Assembly (NCBI GenBank): GCA_964016885.1
Contig: OZ024741.1
Location: 406,100,001 to 406,164,000, forward strand
Source: Eledone cirrhosa
Taxonomy: Eukaryota
Length of the DNA stretch: 64,000 bases
Reading direction: 5' to 3'
Shown: positions 35,836 through 49,289 of the stretch, piece by piece
How positions within the stretch are numbered: the first letter of the stretch is position 1
Layout of the letters: the number at the start of each line of letters is the position of its first letter
Translations under genes and position numbers: made by a program
Notes under the pieces: model-generated
Seen by the model: only the letters and a program-made list of their open reading frames with translations
Told to the model about the DNA's origin: nothing
Databases searched by the model: none

Positions 35836-38800
35836 TGTTTATTAGCCACAGGGGCACAACAGAAAGGGACAAATACAAAGGGGGAAGTTTACATAGAATA
35901 AAAACGTGTAAAATATTATCACGAATGTAATTTAAAAATTAGTCGATTTTCCCCAATAGGTGGAGACATTTCATATGGGTAACACATAGCCCCGAAAAAA
36001 ATTTGCAACCCTCATCTTCAGGAGTACGAAGAGTTTGTATTCCTTTCCTCTCCTCCTCTTTTTCCTCAACCTACAGGCTGATATAGAGAGAAGGCCCATT
36101 CACTCAGGCCATTCTCACCACTTTCACCCACCTTTCATAAAACTTGCTGCGGTACAGCACCTCTCTCTCCATCCTGATTTTTATTCCAAAGTGGTATTTG
36201 AAAAAAAGAATCAATTGTTGGCGGGAGAGAAAGGTCTCTGAACTCAACCCTTTCATCCTTGTCCACCATACAACCTCTTTCGCCATAGCTATCACACAAA
36301 GGAAAACCGCCTTCCTTCGTTTTTGAAGGAGGGTAGCGGTTTGATCATGACAATGGACTCAGTGGTCAACCGGATTGGTCCCACCCGCGAAAATAGTCGA
36401 TCTACATAGCCCTACAGGTCGGTGACGCCCGGGCAGTGTATGAATGCGTGCGTGACGGTTTCTTCGTCTCGCACGCACCTCAGACAGATCTTTTTTTGGA
36501 GAGTCCCTGCTCGGGCGCCCATGTCTGTAGAGCTTTCTCGAACTGGTAGAGCTCCTCGGTAGCACTGCCAGGACAGTGACTTTTGGAAGTTGTCCATCGG
36601 TCCTGGGCGGAAGGTCCTACGGAACAGACTGTTCAGTTCGTCTTCCTCTACGCCCAGAGTTTCACCGAGCACGTCGTCGCACTTGCTGCGGATCAACCCT
36701 CTATAGAATAACGAAGTGGAGTCACTAATGACCGCCGGGTCCGCCTGCCAGAGGGCTGTGAGCGCCTGAGCACATTCGATGTGCCAGTCGCCCATTTTCC
36801 TCGGTCTTTGCTTGACCCAGGACTGCAGCTCGGTCAGCGAGACGAGTCGTGGCAACGTTGTCTGGTGAGGAATACGTGGAGATGCCGCAGCCTGAGCGCG
36901 TGTTTGCGCATCGTCAGCCACGGCATCCCCAGCCCCCCATTGGAAGGGCGTTGGCAGCAGATGCATGTTCTCACCAAAGGAGCCCGCCTCTTCCAAAGGA
37001 ATTGGAAGAGCGCGCGCTCCATTTTGGCGAGCGTTTTGGCTGGACAAGGCACGACGGTCAAGCGGTAGTAGATGGCGGACGCTATAAAAGTGTTCGCCAC
37101 CTCCGCTCGACCTTTCAAGGATAGTTTGCACTCGGCCCACTTCTGGGTGAGTGCAAACACCTTGGCCGACACCGCGTTCCAGTTCTTCTCCACCTGGAGG
37201 TCCGGACCAAACCAGACCCCGAGCAGCTTTACTGGTCCTTCCGTCCAGCGTCCGACGACGCCATCAGAAGGCATCGGTTTGCTTCTCCACGATCCGAGTT
37301 GCAAACCGATGGATTTGTTCCGGTTCAGCTTCGCTCCTGTGAACCTTTCGTATTCCTTCAGTAAGGTGCCGACTTCCTCGATTAGCGAGGCGCTCGACAC
37401 TATTACTGTCACGCCGTCGGCGTAGGCTGACGCCGCTTTCCGCAGTCCCGGTTCCAGAAGGATGCCCTGCTAAGAATAGCTCCAACTTATTATAATAGCT
37501 CCAACTTATATTATAATAGCTCCGCTGTAGTGGCTCGAGAGTCAATACGTACAGAAGGGAGGAGAGAGGGCATCCCTGTCGAATGGATTGCGTGATATGG
37601 AACGGCTCCGAGAGGTAGCCGTTCACCTTAACCCTTGAGCAGATGTTGCTGTTATGCATTGCAGAAATCCAGCCCCTGAACACGCGTCCGAAGCCTGCCG
37701 CCTCGAGCACCGCATCCAGGTAACGATGGTCAACCCTATAAAAAGCCTTAGACTGATCCAAGTTGATCAGGGCCCCACCGAAGCCGGGTTTACACCCTAC
37801 CCTCTCTATGATGTATCGCATGATGTGGAGGTTGTCGTGTATGAACCTGGTCGGGATTGCCCATGTCTGCGCTTCTCCCACCAGGTTCTCGACAAGCGCC
37901 AGCCTCTATGCCAACGCCTTGGCCAAAATCTGTAACTCTTTGTTTAGCAGGGTTATGGGGCGGAAGTTGCCTATGTCATCCCCCTTATTCTCGTCCTTCC
38001 TGACTAGTGTGACTTCGCCCGCGGTCACAGAACTGGGAATTTTCCCGTTCTGTTGCCAGTTGCAGTAGACCGCTTCCAGGAGACCGGAGAATAAGTCGGG
38101 CATTGCTACGTAAAATTCGTAGGGTAGACCGTCGAGACCTGGAGATTTGCGTTTGCCGCATTGGCTCAACGCGTCCCCTATCTCAGCGGCTGAAATCGGC
38201 TTTTTGCAGAACTTTGCCTCGCTGTCCGAGAGTCGCGGTAGGCCGTCGTGGTATGGACCAAAATCCAAAGCCCCTCCCGGCGCACCGCCCTTCCCGGACA
38301 GCCGAGCAAAGTGCCGCTGAAAGGCCGCACACATCTGCTTCGGCTCACGTATCACGCGTCCGTTTTGGTCCTTCAAAGACCGAAGCGTAGACTTGTTGCC
38401 ACTTTTTGCCTTCGTCACTCGGGCCCAGCTAACAGCTTTGGCTCCCTCCTTTCCTAGAGCACGTATTTTGCTTCTGACAACGCAGCCTTCATGCTTTGCG
38501 TCGAAGAACTGGTCTAAGGCCGTTCTCGCTGCTAGCACGCTGGCTACGTTGCCACTTCTAATTGCCTCTTCTACTTTATCTACCAGTTCCTTCTCGGTTC
38601 TATTTCTATCTAACGCTAATTCTTTACTAAAAACTAACGAGTCTAATCTAACTGCTTTCTTGAGAGAGTACCACCATCTGTTGTTGACAATGGCCCTTGT
38701 CAAGTGCTGTTTAACTAAAGTGCTAATCCGTCTACTGTAGGCTTTGCATGTCGGTAACAACAAGTTCAGCTTCCAGTAGCCGGGTCCTTGTCTATGGGTT

Positions 38801-39915
38801 CTATCAAGGTTGACCATGCAGGTCACTAGTTTGTGATCTGAATAGGCAACCATGAACATTTGTGGACAGCTTAACATGTCCCTATCCTTATTTCTAACTA
38901 GAACCCTATCTAGGTACGATCTAGATGTTCCGCTATGATTAGTCAACGTCCACAGTGGCACAGTCGGAAAATCTAGTCGATATCTATCGGCCAGGTCAAA
39001 TCGGCTGATTAACTGTTTGAGGATGTTACCCCCCCCCCCTTTTTCGGGACATGCTCCCACATAGTCCCAACATGCATCTAGGATTCCATTCCAGTCCCCC
39101 ACTAAAATCAAGGAGCGGGACGTTCCCAGAAAAGTCGCTAGACGTTTGAAGAAGTCTGGCCGTGGTGTCCCGGATGGGGCATATGCGACCACCAGCCTGA
39201 AGGCTCCACCTTCACTACCATCAACGTCGCAGACCACCAGTCGATCCCCCGGGTCCAGATATACCGTCTGTGTTACGAGGCCCAGGTGTTTCTGCAGCAA
39301 AACGGACCCCCGTCCCACCCATCCCGGCTGACAGAGAGATGCGTAGATCTCAAAGTCATCGAAGATGGGGGCTAGCTGTCGCTCGCTGTGGATCCCGGAC
39401 TCGCCAATTGCTACTACATCCATACTGTGCAACTGAACTGAGGTCGTTTAAGTGTTTGCCCTGTTTCCAGGGCATCCCCAGGCCGCGTACATTCACACAG
39501 CCAACTCTTATATTAGCCATGTTGGTTCTGAAAAGTTAAAAGAGGAGAAAAAACACTCACCTCTTCGTCTCCCGGGGATCAGGCCGCACGGTTTCCATGG
39601 GGGTGTTAGAGGATTTGTCTGGGTGGGTGGTTGTTTCCGGCGGGGTGGGGACGGAGATGTTTGGTGGGGTGGGGGTATCTGGGATGAGGGTGGGGAAACT
39701 TTTTTAAAGGACGTGGTTAATGGGTTTAACACAAAGATTACCCACGTCCTTAGGAAAGTTTTCCTTTAAAGACTTATAGGTGTCCGTAGGGACCCTAATC
39801 ATCTTTAAATTAGGTTTGTCTACACAGTTCGAAAAAGTTTTCATTGGATATGACCTCCATTAAAGTTTTGTTTTTACTGTTTATGTATGTGTAATGTTCT
39901 TGTTGTGTTGCGGTG
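35836..39915 (-). mobile_element. L1/Tx1-type LINE (T5), 5'-truncated within ORF1, disrupted
   Basis: ORF2 (39520-36071) is in pieces and the ORF1 C-terminus is at 39915-39557. Confidence 0.92.
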
Positions 39916-39919
39916 ATAA

Positions 39920-40439
39920 ATTTCTTTATTAGCCACAAGGGCACACAAGAAGGGGACAAATACAAATGGGGAGTTTACATACAGGTATATGAAAATAAAA
40001 CTATTAATAAAATAACAAATAACAATTGATATCCCCAATAGGGGGAAGGTGTTACACAGGGGTTGTACACAACCAGAAAAAATGTACAACCCTCATCTCC
40101 AGGAGCACCAAGAGTGAGTACTCCCTTCCTCTCTTCCTCTTTTTTTTCTCAACCTACAGGCTTATATAGAGAGAAGGCCCAACCACTCGGGCCATCTTTG
40201 CCACATTCACCCACCTTTTATAAAATTTTCTGGGGTACAGCACCTCTCTCTCCATCCTGATTCTTCTTCCAAAATGATATTTGAAAAAACGAATCAGTTG
40301 CTCGCCGGAGAGAAAGGTGTCTGACCTCAGACCTTTTAACCTCGTCCACCATATAACCTATTTCACCATAGCCATAACACATAGGAAAACCGCCTCTCCC
40401 TCGTTTTTGAAGGAGGGTGGCGGTTTGATCATGACAATG

Positions 40440-40440
<1 letters not shown>
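39920..40440 (-). mobile_element. Tx1-type 3' fragment (T6)
   Basis: ORF2 C-terminus (stop 40154) plus 3' UTR. The truncated 5' end abuts (GATA)n. Confidence 0.9.

Positions 40441-40492
<52 letters not shown>
40440..40492. repeat. (GATA)n microsatellite between T6 and T7
   Basis: Direct reading. Confidence 0.97.
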
Positions 40493-40494
<2 letters not shown>

Positions 40495-43400
40495 TTCTAT
40501 TTATTTGCCACGAGGGCACAAAAGAAGGGGACAAATACACAGGGGGGAGTTTACATAAATGCGAGTAAAGAAAAAAAGGAATAACAATAAGAATAATATA
40601 ATAATAAAAAGTCCTCAAAAGGGAGGGGGGTGTTGGGGATTGCACATACCCCCGAAAAGTGTGCAACCCTTTTCCCGGGGGAAGCCCAGAGAGGAGGCGC
40701 TCCCCCTTTCCACTTCACTTCTTCACCTACAGAACAATTTAGAGAGAAGGCCTATTTACACGAGCCATTCTCGCCTCTTTCACCCACCTTTCATAAAACT
40801 GTCTGGGGCCAAGCACTTCTCTCTCCATCCTGATCCTTCTTCCGAAGTGGTATCGGAAGAAGTAAACCAGGTGTTGGCCGGAGAGAAAGTCACCCGACCT
40901 CAGACCTTTCAGGCGCGTCCACCACACAACCTCTTTCATCATGGCTATTACGCACAGAAAGACTGCCTCTGCTTCATTTCTGCAGGGAGGAGGCGGCTTG
41001 ATGTTCACCACGGACTCGGCGGCCAATCGAATCGGCGCCACACGCGACAGCAGTCGTTCGACGTAGCCCCACAGATCGGCAACGCCCGGGCAGTGTACCA
41101 GTGCGTGCGCAACGGTTTCCTCGTCGCGCACGCATCTGGGACAGATCTTTTTCGCGGGATCCCTGCCCGGGCGCCCGTGTCTGTAGAGTTTTTCTCGAAT
41201 GGGCAGAGCCCCCGGTAGCACTGCCAGGCTAGGGACCTCTGGAAGTTGTCCATGGGTCCCGGGCCGAAAGTTCTACCGAACAGGCTGGCCAGTTCGTCCT
41301 CCTCCATGCCTAGCGACTCTCCAAGGGTGTCATCGCCCCTGCTAGCCACCAGCCCTCTATAGAATGTCGAGGTGGATTCTCCACTGATAGTCGGGTCCGC
41401 TTGCCAGAGAGCCGTGAGCGCCTAGGCACACTCGGTGTGCCAGTTGCCCAGTTTTCTCGGTCTTTGCTTCACCCAGGATTGCAGCTCGGTGAGCGAGACG
41501 AGCTGTGGGAAGGCTCGCCTCACAAACGGGGCCCACACCGGCTGACCAGTGAGGAATACCTGTAGATGCCGTAGCCTCAATGCGTGCCTACGCATCAACA
41601 GCCACGGCATACCCAGCCCTCCTTTCGAAGGGTGCTGGCAGCAGATGTATCTCCTCACCATGGGAGGCCGCTTCTTCCAGAGGAACTGGAAGAGCATGCG
41701 CTCCATGATGGTGAGCGTTTCCTTAGGGCAAGGCACGACGGTCAGGCGGTAGTAGATGACGGACGCTAGGTAAGCGTTCTCCACCTCCGCCCGACCTTTC
41801 AGTGATAGTTTGCACTTGGCCCACTTCTGGGTCAGCGCAAACACCCTGCTCGTCACCTCCCCCCAATTCTTCTCCACCTGGAGGTCCGGTCCGAACCAGA
41901 CCCCGAGCAGCTTCACCAGGCCCTCCGTCCACCGACACCGTCTAACGGCATCGGTTTGCCCCTCCACGTTCCGAGTTGCAAACCGACTGACTTGTCCCGG
42001 TTCAGCCTAACCCCCGTCAGCCTTTCGTATTCCTCCAGTAGGGTAGCGATCGCCCCGATTTCCGAGGCGTCCGCCAACATTACTGTTACGTCATCGGCAT
42101 AGGCCGAGACCGCTTTGTGCAATCCCGGTTCCAAGGGTATGCCCCGCAGCAACTCCAACTTCCACAGCAGTGGCTCGAGAGCCAATACGTACAGAACGGA
42201 GGAGAGGGGGCGCCTCTGCCTGATGGACCGGGTGATTTGAAACGGCTCCGAGAGGTAGCCGTTTACCTTAACCCTAGAACAGACGTTGCCACTGTGCATG
42301 GCAGAAATCCAGCCCCTGAAAACGGGTCCGAAGCCCGCCGCCGCTAGCACCGCATCCAGGTAACCATGGTCGACCCTATCGAACGCCTTAGATTGATCTA
42401 AGTTGATCAGGGCCCCACCAAAGTCGGGTTCGTTCCCAACCCTCTCTACGATGTATCGCATGAGGTGGAGGTTGTCGTGAATGGACCTGGACGGGATAGC
42501 GCATGTCTGCGCGTCTCCCACCAAGCCATCCACCACAAGCGCCAACCTCTTCGCTAACACCTTGGCCAAAATCTGTAACTCTGCATTCCGCAGAGTTATG
42601 GGCCTAAAGTTACTTATGTCGTCCCCCTTGCTCTCGTCCTTCCTCACTAGCGTGACTACGCCCTTGGTCACAGAACAGGGAATTCTCCCGTTCTGTTGCC
42701 AGTTGCAATAGACAGCCTCGAGGAGATCGGAGAACAAGACCAGCATAGCTAAATAAAGTTCGTATGGTAAACCATCGAGACTCGGAGATTTGCGTCTGCT
42801 GCATTGGCTGAGCGCTTCCCCGATTTCAGTGGCTGTGATTGGCCTTTCGCAGCACTCCGCTTCGCCGCTCGAAAGACGCGGTAGACCGTCGAGGTATGGA
42901 CCGAAGTCCACATCCCCGTCCGGCCCCCCGCCCCCTCCGAACAGTCGAGCAAAGTGCCTTTGAAAGGCCTCGCACATCCGCTCAGGTTCAAGGATCACCC
43001 GTCCATCCTGGTCTCGCAAAGACTGAATGGTGGATTTAATCCCACTCTTGGCTTCTGTCACGCGGGCCCAGCTAACAGCTTTGGTCCCCTCGTTTCCTAA
43101 AGCACGTATTTTACTTCGGACAACGCAGCCTTCGTGCTTCGCGTCAAAGAACTGGCTCAACGCCGTTCTCAACGCTAACACTCTGGCCACGTCTCCGCTC
43201 CTAATCGCCTCTTCTAGTTTATCTGTTAACTCCCTTTCCTTCCTATTTCTATTTGCCGCTAGTTCCTTACTGTAACCTATCGAACTTACTCTTATCTCTC
43301 TCTTTAGAGATACCCACCACCTGCTGTTGACGATCACTCCCGTCAACCGCATATTAACTAAGCTACTAATCCCGTTCCTGTAAGCTTCCTTTGCCTGCAA

Positions 43401-46382
43401 GGACAAGTTCATCTTCCAGTAACCGGGACCCTGTCTATGCGTTCTATCAAGGTTGACCACGCAGGTCACTAATTTGTGATCTGAATAGCCAACCATGAGC
43501 AATTCTGGACAACTAAATACGTCGCTATCCTTACTCCTAACCAAAAACCTATCTAGGTACGATCTAGATTGACCAGTGCGGTTTGCCCAAGTCCAGGTTG
43601 GCACAGTTGGAAAATCTAGTCGAAATCTATCGACCAGATCGAATCGATCGAGTAACCCCTTGAGGCTGCTACACCCCCCTCTATCGGGACATGCCCCTGC
43701 ATAGTCCCAACGCGCATCTAGGATTCCATTCCAGTCCCCCACTAAAAGCAGGGAACGCGACGTTCCTAGAAAAGTCTCCAGACGCTGGAAGAAGTCGGCT
43801 CTTTCAGCCCCGAAGGGGGCATAAAGACCGACCAGTCTGAAAGCCCCGCCTTCACCGCCTCCGACGTCCAGCACCAGTAATCGACCCCCCGGATCCGAGT
43901 GAACAATCTGTACGTCGAGAGCCAGACGTTTATCCAGCAGTACGGCAACCCCACCCCTACTTCCGGGTTGACAGAGAGATGCGTGCATCTCAAAGTCATC
44001 GAAGGCAGAAGCCAGCTGTCGCACGCTGCTGATCCGACTCTCGCAAACAACCATCACATCTATACTTCGTGACCTGAGGTCACTTAGAAGCTTTGCTTGC
44101 TTCCAAGCTGAGCCCAGGCCACGCGCATTCAAACAACCAACTCTCAATTGATCTATTTTGGTGTTGAAAGTGAAGAAAGAAAAGCACCTACCTCTCCGGG
44201 TTGTGCAATTTCCATGGGGTCGGGTGTGAGTGTGGTGGGGTTGGGGTATTTGGAGTTGTGTCAGGGAGAGGGGAGGTTATGGGGAAATCTTTCAAGAGGA
44301 CGCGATTTAACGGTTTTAAACAGGGAGGGGGGGGATCACGTCCTGTTTAAATTGTTCTTTTAAGGAACGATAAAGGTCCAGAGGAACCTTTATCATTTTT
44401 AAATGGGTGAAGTTCTCTGTTGAGATAAAGTTTGGCCCTTCGGTCTGCACCAAAGGGCTATTGTTTATTAATTTAAACAGTTTTTTTGTTTTCTTTATTT
44501 ATATATGTGTATTGTAAAGTCTTTTTTTGTGATGCTGTCAATGTTTCGAAGGGGGGAGGCGCAGATTTATTTTTGTTTGTCGAGGGTGGGGTGTTTTTGA
44601 TTGGAGTTGGTGTTTGTGTGTGGGTTATTTGTTGTTGTGGTGTGCTGGGTGTGTGCTTTCGTTTTTTCCTTTTAACTTGTCTGAAGGCTTCTCCTCCTTC
44701 TTCTTCAGAAGTTGGGGGAAACTCTTCAGCGCTAGGTGGGAGGGAGGTGGTGTCTGGTTGTTGTTTTTTTGCGGGAGGGGTAGAATTGTTGCTGTTTTTT
44801 TTATTATTTGTTTGGAATGTGTTTTGTGGTGGTGGTGGTGGTGATGTTTGTGTCGTGCTTGTGGTTGGTGATGGTGGTGGTGATGTTTGTGTTGTGCTTG
44901 TGGTTGGTGATAGTGGTGGTGATTTTGTGTCGTGCTTGTGTTTGGTGCTGGTGGTGGTGATGTTTGTGTTGTGCTTGTGGTTGGTGGTGTCTGTATGTTG
45001 TTTGCTGTGTGTGTTGGTGGTGTTAGTGTATTTTTGGAGGTGGGTGGTGTTGGTGTACTGTTTGTGGTGGGTGTGGGCAATAGTCCTTTTGGGGGGATAC
45101 GATTCGGGCAGTTAGCCTTAACGTGTCCCCTTTCCATGCATGAATAGCATGCTGGTCTTCTCCCCTCTACAATTATATATATTGGGGTGAGGTCATCCAG
45201 CCAGATGCGGTCCGGGATTTGCGCTATTCTTTCGGGCCTCATTTGTACTAGTAGGTCGAGGCCCATTCCCAGGAACGTATCTCCAGATGCCTTCCCCATT
45301 GACAGCACTGTGTCCTCGCCCATGTCTATGAAGCCAGCAATAGCCCACCAGAAGTCCATTGTGGGCAGCATTGTCTGTATTTTGATTCTCTGAGTTCTTC
45401 TACACATGTAGGAGGGATAGAAACTGTATGCTGTTGATGTAAGTGGGCTTAGGGAAAGCCTCTGTGCTGTTTCTTTGTCTTTTTTACAAACAGAAATGCT
45501 GCCATAGAGTCGGTCCTTTCGTATGAAGAGAATATTCTTCATATGGTCTTTTAGGACCAACTCTATTTCCGTTTGGGTGGGCTGAGCTGGTTTCCTTGTG
45601 TTGTTTAGGACTGTTCTAAACAGAACAGTGTTTTCTTGTCTCGTTTTCTTGAATTCTGGGGGGGGGGGGGGGGGAATTAATGGAAAACATTCCGTTCTCC
45701 CCCAAGACTATGTGCTTTTTTGCTTCTGCCAGTTTCTCTCTGGCGGCAGTTAAGTCAATAGGTGTATATGTGATAGATGTTTTTGTTGTCTGGGCGAAAG
45801 TTGTTTTTGTTGTGTTTGTGTTATTTATGATGGTGTATTCGTTCACATTTTTTTTTCCTTTGGGGTTAGACTCCATTTTTTCAAAATCTTCACTTATATT
45901 TTCATTATCCTCGAGACTTGTAGTCACAGCTACTACTTCTCTTTCACCTTTGCTGGTGGGCGTGGCGCCGTGAAAAGTCGAAACGTCATCCATTAATTTG
46001 GCAATTTCTCCGAGTTAATTTTTTTCACATTTTTTTTTCATTAGGATTAGGTTCCATTTTTTCAATGTTTCTAATAATCATTATTCTTTCAGTAGAGTGG
46101 CTTGTTGCCTCAGCTACCCGCTCTCCTTTAGTTTGTTTAGTGGGGGTGTCATCGTTAGCTGTGGTAATGGCTTCCATTACCACTAGCGTAGAGACAATTG
46201 CAAGATTTTTAGGATGAAAAATTTCACCCCAAAAGGGGTGAAATAAATTAACCCTAATGTCCGAAGACCCAGGCAAGGGGGTTAATTAACACAATAACGC
46301 AAGAATACAGACAAACACTTACTGTTAACACGTAGTATCTCCAATAACCGCGGAGCCGATGTGAAGCACGTCTATGCCATCC
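40493..46382 (-). mobile_element. Full-length L1/Tx1-type LINE (T7) in (GATA)n, disrupted
   Basis: ORF1 (~46177-44188) has CYSCMERGHVKANC. ORF2 (~44156-40727) includes a 744-aa piece with APE and RT (YADD). (GATA)n lies at 46384-46405. Confidence 0.92.
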
Positions 46383-47929
46383 GGAGATAGATAGATAGAT
46401 AGAGATACATTTATATTTGGGTGCGTGTGCGTGTGCGCGTGTGTGTGTGTGTGTACATGTCTGTCTCTATGTGTCCTTGTATCTAAATGGGTGTTTAAAG
46501 ACAGAAAGAAAACCAAATGGAAGGAAAAATAAACAGGATCTTACGCTGAATAGGCAATCATTTACGGATGACTAGGTTTTCTGCCAGAGCAGATATCTAG
46601 TGCTTTGTTAATTTACTTAAGGCCGCTTTAAATGGCTGGGAAATGAAACGACACTTAAAATAATAAGCGAGAGAGAGAGAGAGCGGGGGAGAGAGGAGGG
46701 GGTAAAAAGTGGAAGAAGGTGGAGAATGTGAGAGAGGGTGAGGGAAAGGGGTTGCGTCTGTTTAATGGCGCAGATAAACACCATGTGTGATGTCCTTAAC
46801 AACATAAAAGAGGACATCACCAATAATGAGATTTAAATGATGAATGTTGCCTGTTTTCATTAATTACTAAGATTGCATATAAACTAAAGATTTTGTCAAC
46901 TTAACAGCTACTCTGTCGGCTATAAATAGTTATCAAATCTCAATAGATCTTTCTAATAAAACCGTTTATTGTCTGAAATACGTGAACACTGGATAAAATA
47001 CTTAGTTCTGGATTTCTATATTTTGAGTGGTCGTGATTAGCATTGATTTAAGGTCTAATTTTCTAGGTTCGATATAATTAGTAGAGCTGGTCACGTACAG
47101 GGATCAATTTAAAGTGATGACAAATTGGCAGGGTTTTTAGATCCCAGGATAAAATGATTCTGTATCCCAAAACCCAATATCCACCAAGGATATATCCGAA
47201 ACCTAAAATAATCACTCCATATATCGATAACATAGAGGCTCATGTTTCGTGTGAAGTATGATCAACAATAGAGACGCCGAATTGGGTCGTTAAAACGTAG
47301 GATAGAATGCTTTGCGGTATTTTGACTCTCTGCTCTTTGAGTTCAAATCCCACCGAGGTCAACTTTGTTATTCATCCTTTCGAAGTTGATAAAAAAGTAC
47401 CACTCCAGTACTGTGAAGATTTTCCCTTTTTATCCCTTTCTCACTTCATTTCTTTCACTCTATCTCCCCAATTCTCTGGAAGACATCTGTTGTGTTCATG
47501 GGTTCCAAGCCTCACAGGATGAAAGACGAACATTATCCTTACTCTGTGACGTGACCCAACTACTTGCAACAGAGTGAATTCTGCTATACGCAACCAAGGG
47601 TAGGGTTTCGGTGTTAAACTGTGTGATTGAATAATTAAGTCTACTACTCAAGACCTCAAAAAACAGCCAAAGAAAATATCACAAGGCATCTGATACGACT
47701 CTAACAACTCTGCTAGTACTCCACCCTGGAATGGTATTTTATTTTGTCAACCTCGAATGTACGAAAGAAATATTTGACTTCACTGGGATTTGAACTCAGA
47801 GTACAGAAAACCAGAAATATGACAAAAAAGATTTTTATCAGTGACAACCTAGTGTAGCCCTGTCTTACTACCATTTTATGTAGATCTGAAAATCTCACAA
47901 CCATAAATTTGATCGTGGTTAGAATGTCT

Positions 47930-48130
47930 CAAGAAAGAATCGCTGGACAACCATCTTACTCGGGTAGACCCCGAGCAAGATGGTTGGATAACATCCATGA
48001 ACTTGGCTGGTCACGATTGGGGATCCAGCCGGGTCAGTTGAAGTCGGTTGCTTCTGACAGGACCCGATGGAAAGGGTGTTTCAGGACTCTACTTCCATGA
48101 CCCTCGCAGGAATAAGTGGGGGGAGAAAAA
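47930..48130 (+). mobile_element. RTE-type LINE 3' relic
   Basis: GRPRARWLDNI..ASDRTRWK is a typical RTE C-terminus. Confidence 0.6.
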
Positions 48131-48384
48131 GAATTAGGCCAGTGGAGCCGTTATGTCTTAGGTTATAATTTGTAACTGCCATGATGTACGTGAAGTAAAA
48201 TACAGAGTGTGAATATTTAAGAGTGTCTATATTTTTAGAGATACACTGTAGAAGTAACATGAGATAAGATCTATGTCAGCGTGACATCGCCATATTCTAT
48301 TGTCCTTCAGTACAGAGCTTCTGTTACAGTTTAGTGGTTGGGGGCTCAAGTATATATACTGTACATCTGTATTATCATTATTTG

Positions 48385-48890
48385 GATTGGCAGTATCGGT
48401 AGAGGGTCGGACACCATGCTTTGACTCATAGAGTTATGGCCCTTTATGGTCTGAGTTCAAATCCCGCCGATGTTAACTTTGCCTTTCATCCTTACGGAGT
48501 CGATAAAATAAAATACCAGTAATGTACTGGGTAATTGCTGGCCTTGTGCCAATAGTAGAAACAATAGTAGAAACAATTATTAGTTCACGCTAGGGCGGTG
48601 GATTGGAAGTATCGGTAAGGGTTGGACGCCATGCTTTGCTGCAAAGAGTTACGCCCCATTACCCTCTGAGTTAAAATCCCACTGAGGTTAGTTTTACCTT
48701 TCATCCTTAAGGGGTCGATAAAATAAAGTACCGCTGGGGGTCGATTTAATCGACTTTCCCCTTCCCCAAAATTGTTAATTATGTACCGCCGAGGTTAACT
48801 TTGCCTTTCATCCTTACGGGGTCGATAAAATAAAGTACCAGTAATGCACTGGGTAATTGCTGGCCTTGTGCCAAAAGTAGAAACCATTAT
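48385..48890 (+). mobile_element. Three tandem SINE family A copies
   Basis: Core motif at ~48480, ~48700 and ~48810. Confidence 0.87.
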
Positions 48891-49102
48891 TAGTTCACAC
48901 ATCTTTATCACCAATATGAGACCAAGAAAGAAATTACAAACATGATAATACTAACATATTTAGAGTCAACAGAAAATCAATGTAGTAAAAACTAAACATT
49001 AAGTATATTGAAATAAATTATTGGAGAGAAAACCCGTTAGTGCTGGGAGGCTTGTAAATGACACAATTGAGAATTAATGGTGACACAGCTGAGTGTATGA
49101 TG

Positions 49103-49289
49103 CAGACCTGTCAACTCTTCCCGTCCGACGGGGGAGATCTCCCACCCACTTTGGGGTGGCAGAGAGGTGTCTTCTCTTGTGAAAATGAGTATAGCTTTCA
49201 TTATGTAAAATCTCCCCACTTTGCCTCATTTCTCCCCGTTTTGGGAGACTTTTCTTCATGGTACTCCCCGTTTCAGGTTATCAGGTCTG
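49103..49289. mobile_element. MITE, copy 1
   Basis: Imperfect TIRs CAGACCTGTCAAC / GTTATCAGGTCTG; homologous to 55160-55354. Confidence 0.75.

Noticed and set aside
39528-39560. 33-nt GT-AG micro-intron that would fuse T5 ORF1 in frame to ORF2
   Set aside because: It is very short for a metazoan intron, and T2 and T4 have no AG before the ORF2 ATG.
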